A DNA stretch of 32,000 bases from Pantanalinema rosaneae CENA516 (GCF_050753385.1 NZ_JBLZFZ010000032.1:50594-82593); one strand, 5' to 3'; shown: positions 16,293-28,716, counted from the stretch's first letter. Program-made: numbers and translations. Notes: generated by a model from the sequence alone, not told the origin.

Positions 16293-16403
16293 AATTATAA
16301 ACTTCTAAAACCTGACTGGATTCACAGACTTTGTTTTATCAAGACGTTTAGCTAAACCTCTTTCTCAAGCATACCTTCGTTGGTAAAAAAACGGCTGTAA
16401 TCC

Positions 16404-17048
16404 TTAATAGCCAGACGCACTCCGACTTTTTTTGCGCTGCTGTTTTCTCTCCTTCGGCGCTTTCAATGCCCTCGACTCCAAGCGAAATTCAGGAATATCT
16501 TGCAGTTGATCATCCTCTAAATTGTATTGTTCACACACCACACTCAGCCGCATTCCCGCACTCGTCACCGGATTCACCGAATGCATTAAATCCCCTTGAA
16601 AGATTAGTAACGTATTCGGTTGGGGTCGCACCTGTCCCACCTGGCGTTTATGCGATCGCAATACCAGCTCACCCCCGACTAAATCTGGTGGAACTTGGAC
16701 ATACAGAACACTGACGACGACTGGAGGCTCAATTGTTTCGCAGTAGGAACGCAACGAGCGATCGATATGCGGATCGACCCGTGAGCCTTGCTGGAGCAAT
16801 AAGGGATTCAGGTAAAACGCATTACAGTCAGGTTGTAACGCTTGCTGGAGATAGAGCTTCAGGTAAGGAAATTGCCGCTCCACTTCCGCTAAATGGGAAC
16901 GGCGAAACACGATCGAAAATCCCTTCGTGCCGACAAAATCACGGTTCAAATTGTTAACAGCAAAGTAAGGACATGACAAAATTTGTCCTTGCAATTCACT
17001 CAGGTAAGTCGAGGGAAATGCCTGGGGCTGTTGATGATAGTAAGACAA
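16404..17048 (-). CDS. 2OG-Fe(II) oxygenase superfamily protein
   Basis: The HxD...H arrangement is present (DPHIDRS ... GGELVL ... LMHSVNPV), typical of prolyl-hydroxylase-like 2OG oxygenases. The start is TTG at 17048, so the start is uncertain. Confidence 0.55.
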   Translation of the reverse strand: MSYYHQQPQAFPSTYLSELQGQILSCPYFAVNNLNRDFVGTKGFSIVFRRSHLAEVERQFPYLKLYLQQALQPDCNAFYLNPLLLQQGSRVDPHIDRSLRSYCETIEPPVVVSVLYVQVPPDLVGGELVLRSHKRQVGQVRPQPNTLLIFQGDLMHSVNPVTSAGMRLSVVCEQYNLEDDQLQDIPEFRLESRALKAPKERKQQRKKSRSASGY

Positions 17049-17075
17049 CCGACTAGCTCAACTTAACGTACAGAA

Positions 17076-18185
17076 TTAAACGGGAATCGCGGGTTCTAAA
17101 CCCAATTCTTGAATCAGCCGATCGAGATCAAAGTGTTGTGCCATCAGTTGATACAAATTCCGAACTTTCACCGGTTCCTGAATCCGCACCTGACCGATCG
17201 CCCGATCGACAATTTCCACCGTCGTTAAGGTATCCAGATCAACGGACAGAATCGGGATCTCTAAATCCTCCGCTCGATGCAAGACATCCTTCGAGGGCGG
17301 CATTTGTCCGGTCAGAATTAAACACTGTGTTGAGGTTTCCAGGGCTGCGAGTTGAATATCGGTGCGATCGCCGCCCGTAATCACTGCCATATTCCGCCCT
17401 TTGCGGAAGTATTTCAAGGCTGAATTCACATTCATTGCCCCAATACTCAGGCTTTCGACCATCAAATCCAAGCGATCGGCACGACATAAGACTTCGGCAT
17501 GGAGTTGTTGTGCCAGTTGACCGACGCTGACACTGCGGAGCAAATCACTGCGCGGCATAATCCCTAAGATGCGAATCCCCTGCCGTTCTAAAAAGGGCTT
17601 CAGCGTTGTGGTGACTTCTTCCAGCCGATCCTCTGGGACATCATTAATCACGGCTCCCAATAAGCGATCGCCGAGCCGCCGATGGGCTGACATAATGGCT
17701 CCAGCCACAAGCAACGAGTGGAATCGAGCGACCAGAAGGACTTGGGCATTCAGGGCTTCTGCCATTTGTTGCAACGATAGATTAAAAATACTGCCTTCCT
17801 CCAGATTGGCGGTGCCTTCCAGCAACACGAGATCGGCATTCCGAGGTTGGTAATACTCTGTCAGGGTTTGTTGATAATTAATCTGATTTTGTCCCAAAAT
17901 CCGTTGCTGAATCGACTGGTCATCTAACGCCAAGATGGTTGGCAACACGCGATCGGAAGGGAGATTCAGCGTTTGGGCGACAAACTGCACATCTTCTTCC
18001 ACCCCGGTTCCAGGCGTACCTCGCCAGAAGCTGCCTAACGGTTTGCCATAGGCAATTTTAATTCCTCGTTCCTTCAATTGATGGGCAACGCCTAACACGG
18101 TGGCTGACTTACCACTGTAAGCTTCGGTTGACCCAATCAATAAGCACTTTGCGGACTCTGGCACACTTCTACTCCTGGCAATCAA
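17076..18185 (-). CDS. Phosphotransacetylase-N-terminal-like protein (CobQ/DethiobiotinSynthase-like P-loop domain + DRTGG domain)
   Basis: The N-terminal LLIGSTEAYSGKSATVLGV P-loop-like segment and overall layout resemble the cyanobacterial DRTGG-domain or Pta N-terminal family. The start is TTG, so the start is uncertain. Confidence 0.55.
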   Translation of the reverse strand: MIARSRSVPESAKCLLIGSTEAYSGKSATVLGVAHQLKERGIKIAYGKPLGSFWRGTPGTGVEEDVQFVAQTLNLPSDRVLPTILALDDQSIQQRILGQNQINYQQTLTEYYQPRNADLVLLEGTANLEEGSIFNLSLQQMAEALNAQVLLVARFHSLLVAGAIMSAHRRLGDRLLGAVINDVPEDRLEEVTTTLKPFLERQGIRILGIMPRSDLLRSVSVGQLAQQLHAEVLCRADRLDLMVESLSIGAMNVNSALKYFRKGRNMAVITGGDRTDIQLAALETSTQCLILTGQMPPSKDVLHRAEDLEIPILSVDLDTLTTVEIVDRAIGQVRIQEPVKVRNLYQLMAQHFDLDRLIQELGLEPAIPV

Positions 18186-18260
18186 GCTTCACAAGAACCG
18201 CGCTACTGGAACGGTTTATCCCCCATTGTACGGGTAGAAAGTAGTTTACGACCTGTGAAT

Positions 18261-19298
18261 CTATATCCGATGACGATCGTTCGATAACTGATGTTGATGA
18301 TCGGGCGGTAGCAAATTTAGATCGGGGGCAGGTCTTCGGGAGATCACTGTTTGGTCAACAACCATGCAGCCATCAACTTCACTCAGGGTATAGAGGGGAC
18401 GGTTTTTTACCTCTTCGTAAATCCGCCCAATATATTCGCCTAAAATGCCAATGCTAAACAGTTGCACCGCCCCAATAAAGAAGATGGCAACGGCGATCGC
18501 GGCATATCCGGTCAATGGCGAAGTGGGATAGAACAAGCGCCAATAAATGACTAATCCTGCCATGACGATCGCCAGCACCGATGCCAGCAGTCCAATATAG
18601 GTCGAGATCCGGAGGGGCACTTTGGAGAATGACACTAACCCATTCACTGCCAGCGATAGCGACTTACCAAAGGTGTACTTGACTTCTCCCGCAAACCGAG
18701 GATCCCGTTCAAACATTACCGCCGTTTGGCGAAATCCCACCCACGATCGTAGACCGCGAATATAGCGGTTCCGTTCTGGCATCGCATTCAGCACCTCCAC
18801 CACCCGCCGATCCATTAAGCAGAAATCCCCCGTGTCTGTGGGAATATCAACATCTGCCAATTGCTTTAACAATCGATAAAACAGGTAAGCGGTACTGCGT
18901 TTAAACCAATGTTCCCGGTGACGCTGGCTGCGTTGGGCATACACCACGTCATACCCCTGCTGCCACTGTTCAATCAGCGTCGGAATCAGTTCCGGCGGAT
19001 CTTGCAGATCGGCATCCAACACGACTACGGCCTGCCCTCGGGCAAAATTTAATCCGGCTGTGACGGCCACCTGATGCCCAAAGTTGCGGGCTAGACTCAG
19101 GTAACAAACCCGCTCATCCTGTTCTCGTAAACTCCGGATCAGCGCCAGGGAGCGATCGCGGCTGCCATCATTGACTAAAATCAACTCCACACTCCCAGCC
19201 AATTGATCCATCACCGGACTCAGACGACGATATAACTCCCTGAGGGAGTCGGCTTCGTTATATACCGGAATGACGATGGAATAGGTGACAACTGTCAT
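18261..19298 (-). CDS. Family 2 glycosyltransferase (polyprenyl-phosphate glycosyltransferase, GtrB/ArnC/DPM1-like)
   Basis: Signatures are [20 protein letters not shown] and [10 protein letters not shown], with two C-terminal TM helices. Its ATG overlaps the upstream gene's TGA (ATGA at 19295-19298). Confidence 0.85.
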   Translation of the reverse strand: MTVVTYSIVIPVYNEADSLRELYRRLSPVMDQLAGSVELILVNDGSRDRSLALIRSLREQDERVCYLSLARNFGHQVAVTAGLNFARGQAVVVLDADLQDPPELIPTLIEQWQQGYDVVYAQRSQRHREHWFKRSTAYLFYRLLKQLADVDIPTDTGDFCLMDRRVVEVLNAMPERNRYIRGLRSWVGFRQTAVMFERDPRFAGEVKYTFGKSLSLAVNGLVSFSKVPLRISTYIGLLASVLAIVMAGLVIYWRLFYPTSPLTGYAAIAVAIFFIGAVQLFSIGILGEYIGRIYEEVKNRPLYTLSEVDGCMVVDQTVISRRPAPDLNLLPPDHQHQLSNDRHRI

Positions 19299-21352
19299 AG
19301 GTTAGTCGGCGGCGTTGGGGCAGAGGCTTCCGGCGGGGACATGGCTTCCGTGGGGTCTGCCTCCGGAGCGGGGACGCATCGTTCGGGAATGGGGGCAAGG
19401 TCAGGAATGGATTCGGGAATGGGTTCTGGGGAGGGGGGAGCGGGAATATTTTCGACCTCTGGCAGCTTTTCCGGTGTTAACCGCGCCTGCCCCGATCCTG
19501 ATAATACTTTTAATAATTTAGGTTTGGGATTATGTAACAGATAAATCAAGCGATCGCCCACTTGCCAGGACTCTTCCAGCGTCACCACTTGTAATCGCTC
19601 ATCCCGTTCAACCAGTAAGGGCAGCAGTTCCCCATTCTGGATCAAGGTCTGTAAATGGGCTTGTTGTGCCGCCAATTCCGGCTCGTGTAAAATCGTTTCT
19701 CCCAACTTAACGGCGGTATCGGTCAGATATTGATTCCAGGTTTTTAGCGACATTTGGGGCATAAATGCCTGCTGCGTTTTAATCGAATTACTCTCAGCGC
19801 TGGTTTCTGGATCACGAGGAAAGATCGCCAAAACGCGAGGCGGCTCAAATTCCTCCACTGCCCGTTGGGCAATCACCCGATTCACTTCACCATTGCTGGT
19901 CATGGCGAGAAATGTACCGATCGCCCCCAGTCCGGCTCGTTCCAACACATCGGCATCTAAGGCACTGCTAATAAAAATCGGAATCTGTTCCCGTTCCGCC
20001 TGTTCCCGGGCTTCTGCTGCCGTGTCGATTAAGGTGACGGATTCGCCCCGTTCCTTAAACAATCGGGCGATCAACAAACTTAAGGGATTACAGCCGACAA
20101 TCACGGCTCCTGTGGCTTGCCGCGAGGTGATTTGTAGCAGGTTAGCGATCCATTGGGCGGTGAGTGCCTGCAAACAAACGGTCAGGATAATCGTGAGAAA
20201 CACCAGATTTTTAATTGAGTCGCCGCCATTAATCCCGCGTTGGGTCAGGACGATCGCAAACAGGGAAGCCACCGAAGCTGAGACAATTCCCCGAGGCGCG
20301 ACCCAACAGAGAAACAGTTTTTGCCGCCAGTTCAGCCCACTATTCCAGGTACAGACCCAAATATTGACGGGGCGTACCAGAAACATCAGGGCTAACACAG
20401 CTAGAACGCCACCCCACCCGAGGGCTGCAACCCCCGCGATCGAGAGATCTGCGGCTAACAAAATAAATAGGACAGAAACCGCCAGAATGCTCAGTTGTCC
20501 TTTAAACCGTTTCAGCAGCCGTTCTTCGGGTAAGGAAGAGGCCCGTAACACAATCCCGGCGGCGACGGTTGCCATTAGCCCTGATTCGCTGACGATCGTT
20601 TGCGCCAGTCCGAACCAGCCCCATAATCCGGCTAAAACCACCAGGGTTTTGAGATCATCAGATAAAAATTGCGCTCGTTTGAGTAACCAGCCTAATAACC
20701 AGCCGCCTAATACACCAATGCCGCCGCCAATCCCTAACCGCAGCATCAGCCCACTGATCACTCGCAGGGGTTCGGCATCTCCATTCAGCAGAATCCCCAG
20801 TACCACAACGGCGAGAATCGCTCCAACGGGATCGATCAATACCCCTTCGCCTTCCAGCAAGGTAGACACCTGCCGATCGACCTTGACCTGCCGCAGCAAG
20901 GGGTTGATGACGGTTGGCCCCGTGACCACCACCAGGGAGGCATACAGAAAGGCGATCGACCAGGGAAATTCGCTCAGCCAGTGTGCCGCCATGCCACCCC
21001 CCAGCAGGGTGATCAGCGTCCCGATCGTGACTAAATTTCTCAGGCTACCAGAAACTCGCCCTAAATCCCGCAGTTGGAGATTAAACCCCCCTTCAAACAA
21101 AATCAGGGCAACCATGAGGGCAACCATCACCTCTAGCCCCACGCCCAGGCGATCGGGATGCAGCCAGCCCAAGCCACTCGGCCCCAGCAGAATCCCTAAA
21201 ATCAGCAGAAAGACGATACCGGGCGCTTTGAGAAACTCCGCCAACACCTGGGCGCCAATCCCTGCAATGACCGTGAGGATCACTTGCAGAGTGATGTCTA
21301 GCGGTGCTTCCATAAATCCACTATCGCTACGAACACTCCCTGCCCCTGACAC
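19295..21352 (-). CDS. Cation:proton antiporter (Na+/H+ exchanger family) with a C-terminal TrkA-N/RCK-like domain and a Pro-rich tail
   Basis: There are ~12 hydrophobic helices, followed by [28 protein letters not shown] (Rossmann-like RCK). The track start is GTG 21352. ATG 21312 ([10 protein letters not shown]) is the more likely start. Confidence 0.85.
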   Translation of the reverse strand: MSGAGSVRSDSGFMEAPLDITLQVILTVIAGIGAQVLAEFLKAPGIVFLLILGILLGPSGLGWLHPDRLGVGLEVMVALMVALILFEGGFNLQLRDLGRVSGSLRNLVTIGTLITLLGGGMAAHWLSEFPWSIAFLYASLVVVTGPTVINPLLRQVKVDRQVSTLLEGEGVLIDPVGAILAVVVLGILLNGDAEPLRVISGLMLRLGIGGGIGVLGGWLLGWLLKRAQFLSDDLKTLVVLAGLWGWFGLAQTIVSESGLMATVAAGIVLRASSLPEERLLKRFKGQLSILAVSVLFILLAADLSIAGVAALGWGGVLAVLALMFLVRPVNIWVCTWNSGLNWRQKLFLCWVAPRGIVSASVASLFAIVLTQRGINGGDSIKNLVFLTIILTVCLQALTAQWIANLLQITSRQATGAVIVGCNPLSLLIARLFKERGESVTLIDTAAEAREQAEREQIPIFISSALDADVLERAGLGAIGTFLAMTSNGEVNRVIAQRAVEEFEPPRVLAIFPRDPETSAESNSIKTQQAFMPQMSLKTWNQYLTDTAVKLGETILHEPELAAQQAHLQTLIQNGELLPLLVERDERLQVVTLEESWQVGDRLIYLLHNPKPKLLKVLSGSGQARLTPEKLPEVENIPAPPSPEPIPESIPDLAPIPERCVPAPEADPTEAMSPPEASAPTPPTNL

Positions 21353-21495
21353 AGAACGGCGATCAGGGGAGAAAAAATTCCCGCGATCGCAGTCAAAACC
21401 AATTGGGGTATCAACGCTCTATTTTAATGGGATTAGGGCAATCATACCTGAGTGCGCTCACCATAGGACGCGCTAACAGGTAAGCCGTCACTGCG

Positions 21496-22116
21496 CTAAT
21501 CGGGATTTTTGGCTAAAACGCCATTGAGGAAAATATCGGCAAGTCCTTCTGCCATTTCCTGCATTTCGGCGATCGCGGCTCCGGGCGGCATAATGGTGCT
21601 TTGACTAAAGCCCGCCACAGCAAACATGCCCAAAAACACCTGAGCCACAATTTTGGGATTCATCGGTCGATAGACACCCTGATCCATCGCGGTTTGAAAG
21701 AAGGCTTCTGCCACATCCGTCATTTTGGTGATCACTTCCGATTGAATGCGATCGCGTAAATCGGCATGGAATTGTGCCTCCATAAAGCAGACTTTCAGCA
21801 CATCGGCATTTTGATGTAAATGCAACATCCGCCGCCGCATCACCTGAGCCACGGCTTTATAGCTACCCATCCCACTTAATTCGGTTAACAAATCTGTTAA
21901 TAGCTCCACCCATCCCTGGCTGGCAACTTCAATCAGAATGGCTTTTTTATTTGGAAAATGACGAAATAAAGTGCCTTCTGCGACCTCTGCCGCTTCTGCC
22001 AAATCCCGTGTGGTCGTACCGTCATAGCCTTGTTGGGCAAACAGCCGCAGGGCGGACTTTAAAATGCGATTTCGGGTGACAGATTCTGTCGGAGGTAGGG
22101 GATTAAATGTACGCAT
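21496..22116 (-). CDS. TetR/AcrR family transcriptional regulator
   Basis: The N-terminal HTH is RNRILKSALRLFAQQGYDGTTTRDLAEAAEVAEGTLFRHFPNKKAIL. Confidence 0.85.
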   Translation of the reverse strand: MRTFNPLPPTESVTRNRILKSALRLFAQQGYDGTTTRDLAEAAEVAEGTLFRHFPNKKAILIEVASQGWVELLTDLLTELSGMGSYKAVAQVMRRRMLHLHQNADVLKVCFMEAQFHADLRDRIQSEVITKMTDVAEAFFQTAMDQGVYRPMNPKIVAQVFLGMFAVAGFSQSTIMPPGAAIAEMQEMAEGLADIFLNGVLAKNPD

Positions 22117-22149
22117 AGCAAAGAAATCGCCTTAGGGTGACTTGGGCTT

Positions 22150-22172
22150 TAGGGCTATTGTGCAATGCCCTA
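22150..22172. promoter_or_regulatory. Imperfect inverted repeat, candidate TetR operator
   Basis: TAGGGC-T-ATTG-TG-CAAT-GCCCTA lies 34 nt upstream of the TetR start, in the divergent spacer towards the pentapeptide-repeat gene. This is positional inference only. Confidence 0.3.
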
Positions 22173-22504
22173 TCCAGAAATCAACAGAAGTGTCACAGAT
22201 CATTACAGATTTGCCTGCAAAAGTGAGAGTAAAATTGTCAGGAAGGGCACAATAAATCAGCATTTGTTAACGTTTCAGTTGGCTGAATTTCCGCCTTTCT
22301 GTCTACGATCGAGTTCATCCTCCCGAATGAAGCCGATCGAGCCAATTTATGCGATCCTAATAGTAGGACTTTTACAACTTTTGGTTGACCTACTATTAAG
22401 TAAATGTCATTTTTTTGGCATTAAACTAAACATTAATCCGAATTTTGTAAAAGAGCTGTTGTAGTAGCCTACTGAACGTGGCAATTCTCCAGGAGGCAAA
22501 GAAG

Positions 22505-22939
22505 ATGAAAGTTACCGTTCTCTCGATCGTGGCTTTGTTAGCCAGCTTAACTCTACCCCTCGCGGCGCGGGCGGAAGATCCAGCCCATGTGCAGCAATTG
22601 TTAACTACGGGAGCCTGTGCTGGCTGTAATTTAGCCGGAGCCGATCTAACAGGAGCGCATTTAATTGGGGCAGACCTGCGAGATGCGAACCTGCGGAATG
22701 CGATTTTAGTAGAGGCAAACCTGGAGGGCGCTGATCTGACGGGAGCCGATTTACAAGGGGCGGATTTGACGGGAGCCTTTGCCACGAATGCCGTGATGAA
22801 TGATGCCAATCTGACGGCTGTAAACTTAAGCGATGCCCAGATGATTAATGCGCTGACCTTTGGGGCAACCTTAAGCAATATTAATATCTCTGGAGCCGAT
22901 ATTTACGGCAGTGGCATTGGGGTTGGTGGCGAACAGTAG
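22505..22939 (+). CDS. Secreted/periplasmic pentapeptide-repeat protein
   Basis: ATG 22505 has AGGAGG 8 nt upstream. The signal peptide is MKVTVLSIVALLASLTLPLAARA. Tandem A(D/N)LxG pentapeptides follow (GADLTGAHLIGADLRDANLRNAILVEANLEGADLTGADLQGADLTGA). Confidence 0.85.
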   Translation: MKVTVLSIVALLASLTLPLAARAEDPAHVQQLLTTGACAGCNLAGADLTGAHLIGADLRDANLRNAILVEANLEGADLTGADLQGADLTGAFATNAVMNDANLTAVNLSDAQMINALTFGATLSNINISGADIYGSGIGVGGEQ

Positions 22940-23100
22940 CTCCTTGCCGATGATTGGGAACTGTCTCGGGCAAGCATTTAAGGGCTGAGAATTTAGCTGC
23001 CTATTCTGCTGTAATTTTCAATGGCTTAGATGCTATAGGTTCGATAGATAATTATATATGCTTAGCATAGAATTTTATTGCAGAGCGACCTGCCGTTTCT

Positions 23101-23823
23101 ATGCGAAAGCTTCTTAAAGGGGTTCATCAATTTCAGATGAACTACTTCAGTAGTCACCGAGAGTTTTTTGAGCAACTATCTCAGGGGCAGCATCCTAGAA
23201 TTCTGTTTATTACCTGTTGTGACTCCCGGATTGATCCGAATCTGATTACCCAAACCGAACCGGGGGAACTGTTTATTATCCGGAATGTCGGTAATATTGT
23301 GCCGCCCTTTGGTGCCCACGCCAACGCCGAAGCTGCCGCGATCGAATACGCGATCGATGTGCTGGGAATTCAGGAAATTGTCGTCTGTGGGCATTCCCAT
23401 TGCGGGGCAATTAGTGGGTTGCTGAAGGGGAATCGACTGTCGGATCAATTACCGTCCGTTCATGCCTGGTTACGGTATGCTGAGTCTACCCGTCGGGTGG
23501 TGTTAGAAAACTATCAGGCATTAGAAGGGGAAGCTTTGTTAAATGCCGCGATCGAAGAACATGTGTTGATCCAGCTTGAAAATCTACGCACCTATCCTGC
23601 CGTTCACGCCAGACTCTATCGGGGGCAACTGAATATCCATGCCTGGGTCTATAAGATTGAAACCGGTGGCATCATTGTTTATAGCGCAGAACGCTGCACT
23701 GTCCGAGCCGACCCTGCTAGCCGCTTCACTGAGCCTAAACTGGATGAGTTAGATGTTGACGATGACTCTGCTAACTATCATCTCGATCCGCATACGGTTT
23801 CAACGTCTCTCGCAGTGGAGTGA
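23101..23823 (+). CDS. Beta-class carbonic anhydrase
   Basis: The zinc-ligand motifs CCDSRIDP (CxDxR) and GHSHCGAI (HxxC) have the correct spacing. Confidence 0.85.
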   Translation: MRKLLKGVHQFQMNYFSSHREFFEQLSQGQHPRILFITCCDSRIDPNLITQTEPGELFIIRNVGNIVPPFGAHANAEAAAIEYAIDVLGIQEIVVCGHSHCGAISGLLKGNRLSDQLPSVHAWLRYAESTRRVVLENYQALEGEALLNAAIEEHVLIQLENLRTYPAVHARLYRGQLNIHAWVYKIETGGIIVYSAERCTVRADPASRFTEPKLDELDVDDDSANYHLDPHTVSTSLAVE

Positions 23824-23874
23824 CCAGGTTGTTCCCAGATTGGCTAATGCCGTCAGTCCCCATTTCAAGCTAAA

Positions 23875-23905
23875 AGCCAGGGATTTACTGGTATAAACCC
23901 TGGCT
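23875..23905. terminator. Bidirectional hairpin terminator candidate between convergent carbonic anhydrase and rplY genes
   Basis: The 8-bp stem AGCCAGGG / CCCTGGCT has a 15-nt loop. It is flanked by AAAA on the left (a U-run for the minus-strand transcript) and CTCTTT on the right. Confidence 0.45.
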
Positions 23906-23923
23906 CTTTGCAATCTAATTTAC

Positions 23924-24511
23924 TTACTCGGATTCGCTGGCAGCTTCACCGCCGCCACGACCTGCTAAGACGCTCGCCACGATCCGATCGGGTTCACCCG
24001 TTGCTACGACTCCGGAGGGCAGGTTTAATTCGTTCACATGCAGACCGCCACCGACATCCAGATCAGATACATCAATATCGATCGTATCGGGAATGCTATC
24101 AGGAGCGCAACGAACCCGGAGGGAAGTCAGGACTTGATCCAGTGTTCCACCCGATAATCTTACGCCTTTTGGCTCTCCGACTAACCGCAGGGGAATATCA
24201 ACTTCCAGGCTGGCATGACTACCAATGGCAAAGAAACTGAGATGATACAGTGATTTTTTCCAGGGATGAGCCTGGACTTCCCGCAACAACGCTTTACCAT
24301 TCCAGGACAGGTCAGGAATGGTCACATCAATCAAACTGCTGTTGACAGCGGCGCTACGAATCAGGTGTTCCGCGGTCTTGGTATTGACTGCCAGTTCCAG
24401 AGACTCAGTGCCATTGTGACCATATAACACGGCAGGTGTTAAACCAGAACGACGCAAGGCATTGGGTTTGCTGCCTGCGGGACGAGATTGACATTCGATC
24501 GTAAGTTCCAT
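23924..24511 (-). CDS. rplY: 50S ribosomal protein L25 / general stress protein Ctc
   Basis: MELTIECQSRPAGSKPNALRRSGLTPAVLYGHNG... matches the L25/Ctc N-terminus, and there is an acidic Gly-rich tail. The start is taken at ATG 24511, not the upstream ATG of the track ORF (24565). Confidence 0.8.
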   Translation of the reverse strand: MELTIECQSRPAGSKPNALRRSGLTPAVLYGHNGTESLELAVNTKTAEHLIRSAAVNSSLIDVTIPDLSWNGKALLREVQAHPWKKSLYHLSFFAIGSHASLEVDIPLRLVGEPKGVRLSGGTLDQVLTSLRVRCAPDSIPDTIDIDVSDLDVGGGLHVNELNLPSGVVATGEPDRIVASVLAGRGGGEAASESE

Positions 24512-24594
24512 AATGCTCAGGGCGAAGGATAAAGGATCAATCAGACAGTCAACACCACCGATCAAACGATCGTTTGATGGTTGGCTTTTAACGT

Positions 24595-25959
<1,365 letters not shown>

Positions 25960-26082
25960 TTATAAGCGCTAGAGTTTGCACAAACATCCATTATCAGGAG
26001 CATTTGTGCATGATGTCAACCGTTCCATGATAAATTCGCTCGATGCGGCTCAACGTCAGCCAGGGAGGGACGATCGCGACGT

Positions 26083-27078
26083 TCACCGTCCCAGGAAGGT
26101 TTTCAGTTTATTGACCACCCGTTGTTTGAAGGAGGGATTGGCGAACTGTTGCTGAATTTTTGTCAAGGTGGTGTGGGTACTGGCATCTAGAGGCGGTAAC
26201 TCCAATGCTTTCAGGGCATCCTGGTATTCGGCAATGGTTTTGCTGCCCAGCACGATCGTATGAGTAGTCTCAAAGTCTAACAGGTAGCGGAGGGCAAGGG
26301 CACTCATCGGATAGCCCGGTGGCACAAATTGTTCGTAGATCTGGTAGCGTTCCGTGTTGACGGTATTTAGCCAATGGCTACGGATATCTTGATCGGATAA
26401 TTGCGGACGTTGCCGAAAGTACTTACCAGACAGTAACCCATTCGCGAAAGCACCTCGGACGATCGTCCCTAGATTGTGGGCTTGCACATACTTCAGCATA
26501 CTGACGGGTTCTAACAGGAGCGATCGGGCAAACATCACCACCTCCGCCGCCTCTTGGTGGACGAGGTGCATCAGGTCAGCCGGACGATCAGTTGAGATGC
26601 CATAGGCTCGAATTTTCCCTTCCTGCTTTAAAGTGTCTAAAACTGCTTTGCCTTCAGCGATCCAGGCGGTTTCGGGTGGGGTGTGGTAGAGGTAGATATC
26701 AATATAGTCCGTTTGTAGACGTTGTAAGCTGCCCTCTAAACTGGTGCGAATGGTATTGGGACGACAATCGGTAATTCGTTCACCCTGGTCACCCTGGCGA
26801 TAACCGAATTTTGTACTGATCACCCAGCGATCGCGCCGTCCCTGTAATGCGGCTCCGGTGCGGCGTTCTCCCTCCCCTGCCCCATACAATTCTGCCGAAT
26901 CAATATAGTTAATGCCAAACTCCTCGCAAGCATGAATTAATCGGATGGCTGATTCTCGCCCGACATCGGCATAGCCGTCCGCCTGCCCATCTAGACTGAG
27001 GGGACCGCTCAGTTGCCAGGTACCTACTCCGATCGCAGACACCTTCAGACCAGTACAACCCAAGGTACGATATTCCAT
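26083..27078 (-). CDS. Aldo/keto reductase family oxidoreductase
   Basis: MEYRTLGCTGLKVSAIGVGTWQL is the N-terminus, and DSAELYG and VISTKFG motifs are present. Confidence 0.85.
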   Translation of the reverse strand: MEYRTLGCTGLKVSAIGVGTWQLSGPLSLDGQADGYADVGRESAIRLIHACEEFGINYIDSAELYGAGEGERRTGAALQGRRDRWVISTKFGYRQGDQGERITDCRPNTIRTSLEGSLQRLQTDYIDIYLYHTPPETAWIAEGKAVLDTLKQEGKIRAYGISTDRPADLMHLVHQEAAEVVMFARSLLLEPVSMLKYVQAHNLGTIVRGAFANGLLSGKYFRQRPQLSDQDIRSHWLNTVNTERYQIYEQFVPPGYPMSALALRYLLDFETTHTIVLGSKTIAEYQDALKALELPPLDASTHTTLTKIQQQFANPSFKQRVVNKLKTFLGR

Positions 27079-27663
27079 CGCGTCAACTCCTGATTTGAAT
27101 CATGCCCGTTTGACCTGTTGCATCCAGTCAGTGATGATTGCCTGGGACGACCAATTTTCTCCCAAATACTTGAGGCGATCAACCTGGCGATGGAATTTTG
27201 CCTCTATGCAGCCAGATCAGGGAAACGTTATTTATGATGAAGAGAAGTCATTTTAATCAATAGGACGGATGCCAAGTGTCTTCCCGTCTGTTAATCGGTG
27301 GTGGCGATGCCTATCTAGCCCATCTCTATCACTATGGATGAATTGAATCATGCCAGTCGGTTTGGTTAACGAAAAGGCAAATTTAGCTTAGTTGCTCTGG
27401 TTCTTCTTGGTTCATTCATTGCTCGATTAGCAATCAACCATTTAGCTGTTCTCAAGATCGATTCACTGGCTCTAGCGATCGCAATCCTGATGGGTTGTTG
27501 AGGGGTCTTCCTATAGAAACTTCCTGATCATCCATTGCCATCGGCTCAGTCAGTGATGCCAGCGGTAATCCTGCTGACCAGGATGAATGTTCGCCTAGCA
27601 ATAAGCGAACGGTTGATGCTTCTTATCCCTGTAAACCCTTTATTTTGATTTCCAGAGGTTGTT

Positions 27664-28716
27664 GTGGCTCTTTATGCTGAATTGCACCGTCATTTAGGTG
27701 GTTCTGTTGTTCCCAGGGTATTGTGGCGCTACCTGCAACGACATGATGCTGATCTGATCGCGCGGTTTCCCGACTATGCCGAGTTTGAGGATTTTTACAC
27801 CCGTCCGCGTAATACATTGGATGAGTATTTGGAACTCCATACGCTGGTAGAAGGGGTGCAAACGGCGGAAGCCCTGCCGTATTTCATCTATCGGTTGATG
27901 CGAGGAGCCTACATTTTCGAGAATCTCGCCTACTTGGAATTGCGCTATACCCCCTATCTGCGGACTCCAGAGCATTTACCTCAGACCCAGCGCATCGATC
28001 GCATGGCAGAAATCGTTGAGGTCGTCGGCAAAGCCAGTCGTCTGAATGAGTACCCGATCGTCACCAGTCAGATTTTATGTATGCACTCTCGTCTGCCCTA
28101 TGAGGTGAATCGGGCGATCGTCGATCTGGCTGCCCAGAATCGAGATTATGTATGTGGGATCGATGTGGCTGGAGGCGATAACCACTACGGCGAACGGTTA
28201 TCTGAGTTTGTGGAGTTGTATGCCTACGCGCGATCGCTCGGACTCAATACTACCGGACATTTGTATGAAACCCGTGAGGGCTGCTATGCAGAATTGCTAC
28301 CCTACTTGATGCGGATTGGGCATGGGATTCAGATTCCATTGCGCTACCCCCATCTGCTCCAGCAGGTAGCAGACCAACAGCAATGTTTAGAAGTTTGTCC
28401 CACTACCTATCTGAAAACTGGAACTCTGGACGAGATTACCCAACTAAAGACCGTCTTTGATCGCTGCTTTGAAGCTGGAGTGGATATTGCCATCTGTACC
28501 GATAATGCGGGACTCCATAACGTGCGCTTGCCGTTTGAGTATGAGAATCTGTTAACTTACGATATCATTGGCTTTAAGGAATTGCAGGCGTGTCAAGATG
28601 CGGCTTTCCGCCATGCCTTTGCCTGGCCTTATCGTCAGCGTCCCGCTTCGTTGCTGAATGGCTTGTTGCAACCGACGGCGGCTGTAGAGTCCGATCGCGA
28701 CTTGCTGCGACTCTAA
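27664..28716 (+). CDS. Adenosine/adenine deaminase family (amidohydrolase) protein
   Basis: ELHRHLGGS (the HxH metal site) lies near the N-terminus, and HGIQI and ICTDNAG (in place of the usual TDDP) are also present. The start is GTG. It is a divergent member, so substrate specificity is unknown. Confidence 0.7.
   Translation: MALYAELHRHLGGSVVPRVLWRYLQRHDADLIARFPDYAEFEDFYTRPRNTLDEYLELHTLVEGVQTAEALPYFIYRLMRGAYIFENLAYLELRYTPYLRTPEHLPQTQRIDRMAEIVEVVGKASRLNEYPIVTSQILCMHSRLPYEVNRAIVDLAAQNRDYVCGIDVAGGDNHYGERLSEFVELYAYARSLGLNTTGHLYETREGCYAELLPYLMRIGHGIQIPLRYPHLLQQVADQQQCLEVCPTTYLKTGTLDEITQLKTVFDRCFEAGVDIAICTDNAGLHNVRLPFEYENLLTYDIIGFKELQACQDAAFRHAFAWPYRQRPASLLNGLLQPTAAVESDRDLLRL

Noticed and set aside
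19893-21476. 527-aa + strand ORF
   Set aside because: It is antisense to the antiporter gene. Its R/S/P/T-rich low-complexity translation has no motifs, whereas the minus strand encodes a coherent 12-TM transporter.
22165-22464. 99-aa + strand ORF between the TetR and pentapeptide genes
   Set aside because: It lies in an AT-rich spacer with no SD, and it begins inside the candidate operator palindrome. Its composition is unlike the neighbouring genes. It is probably non-coding promoter region.
22426-22878. 150-aa minus-strand ORF
   Set aside because: It is antisense to the pentapeptide-repeat gene, and its repetitive SAP/KSAP translation is a mirror of that repeat.
25977-26010. Inverted repeat TGCACAAA / TTTGTGCA (18-nt loop) between the aldo-keto reductase stop and the purA start
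   Set aside because: It could be a terminator or a purA regulatory hairpin, but it has no adjacent U-run and there is no conservation information. It is left uncalled.
27079-27663. 585-nt intergenic region upstream of the adenosine-deaminase-family gene, examined for a purine riboswitch, tRNA or small ORFs
   Set aside because: No purine-riboswitch core and no tRNA cloverleaf could be recognised by eye. The only features are a repeated 12-mer (TCAGTCAGTGATG at ~27126 and ~27547), a 6-bp hairpin (27588-27612) and very short ORFs. This is not enough to make a call. An Rfam/Infernal scan would settle it.
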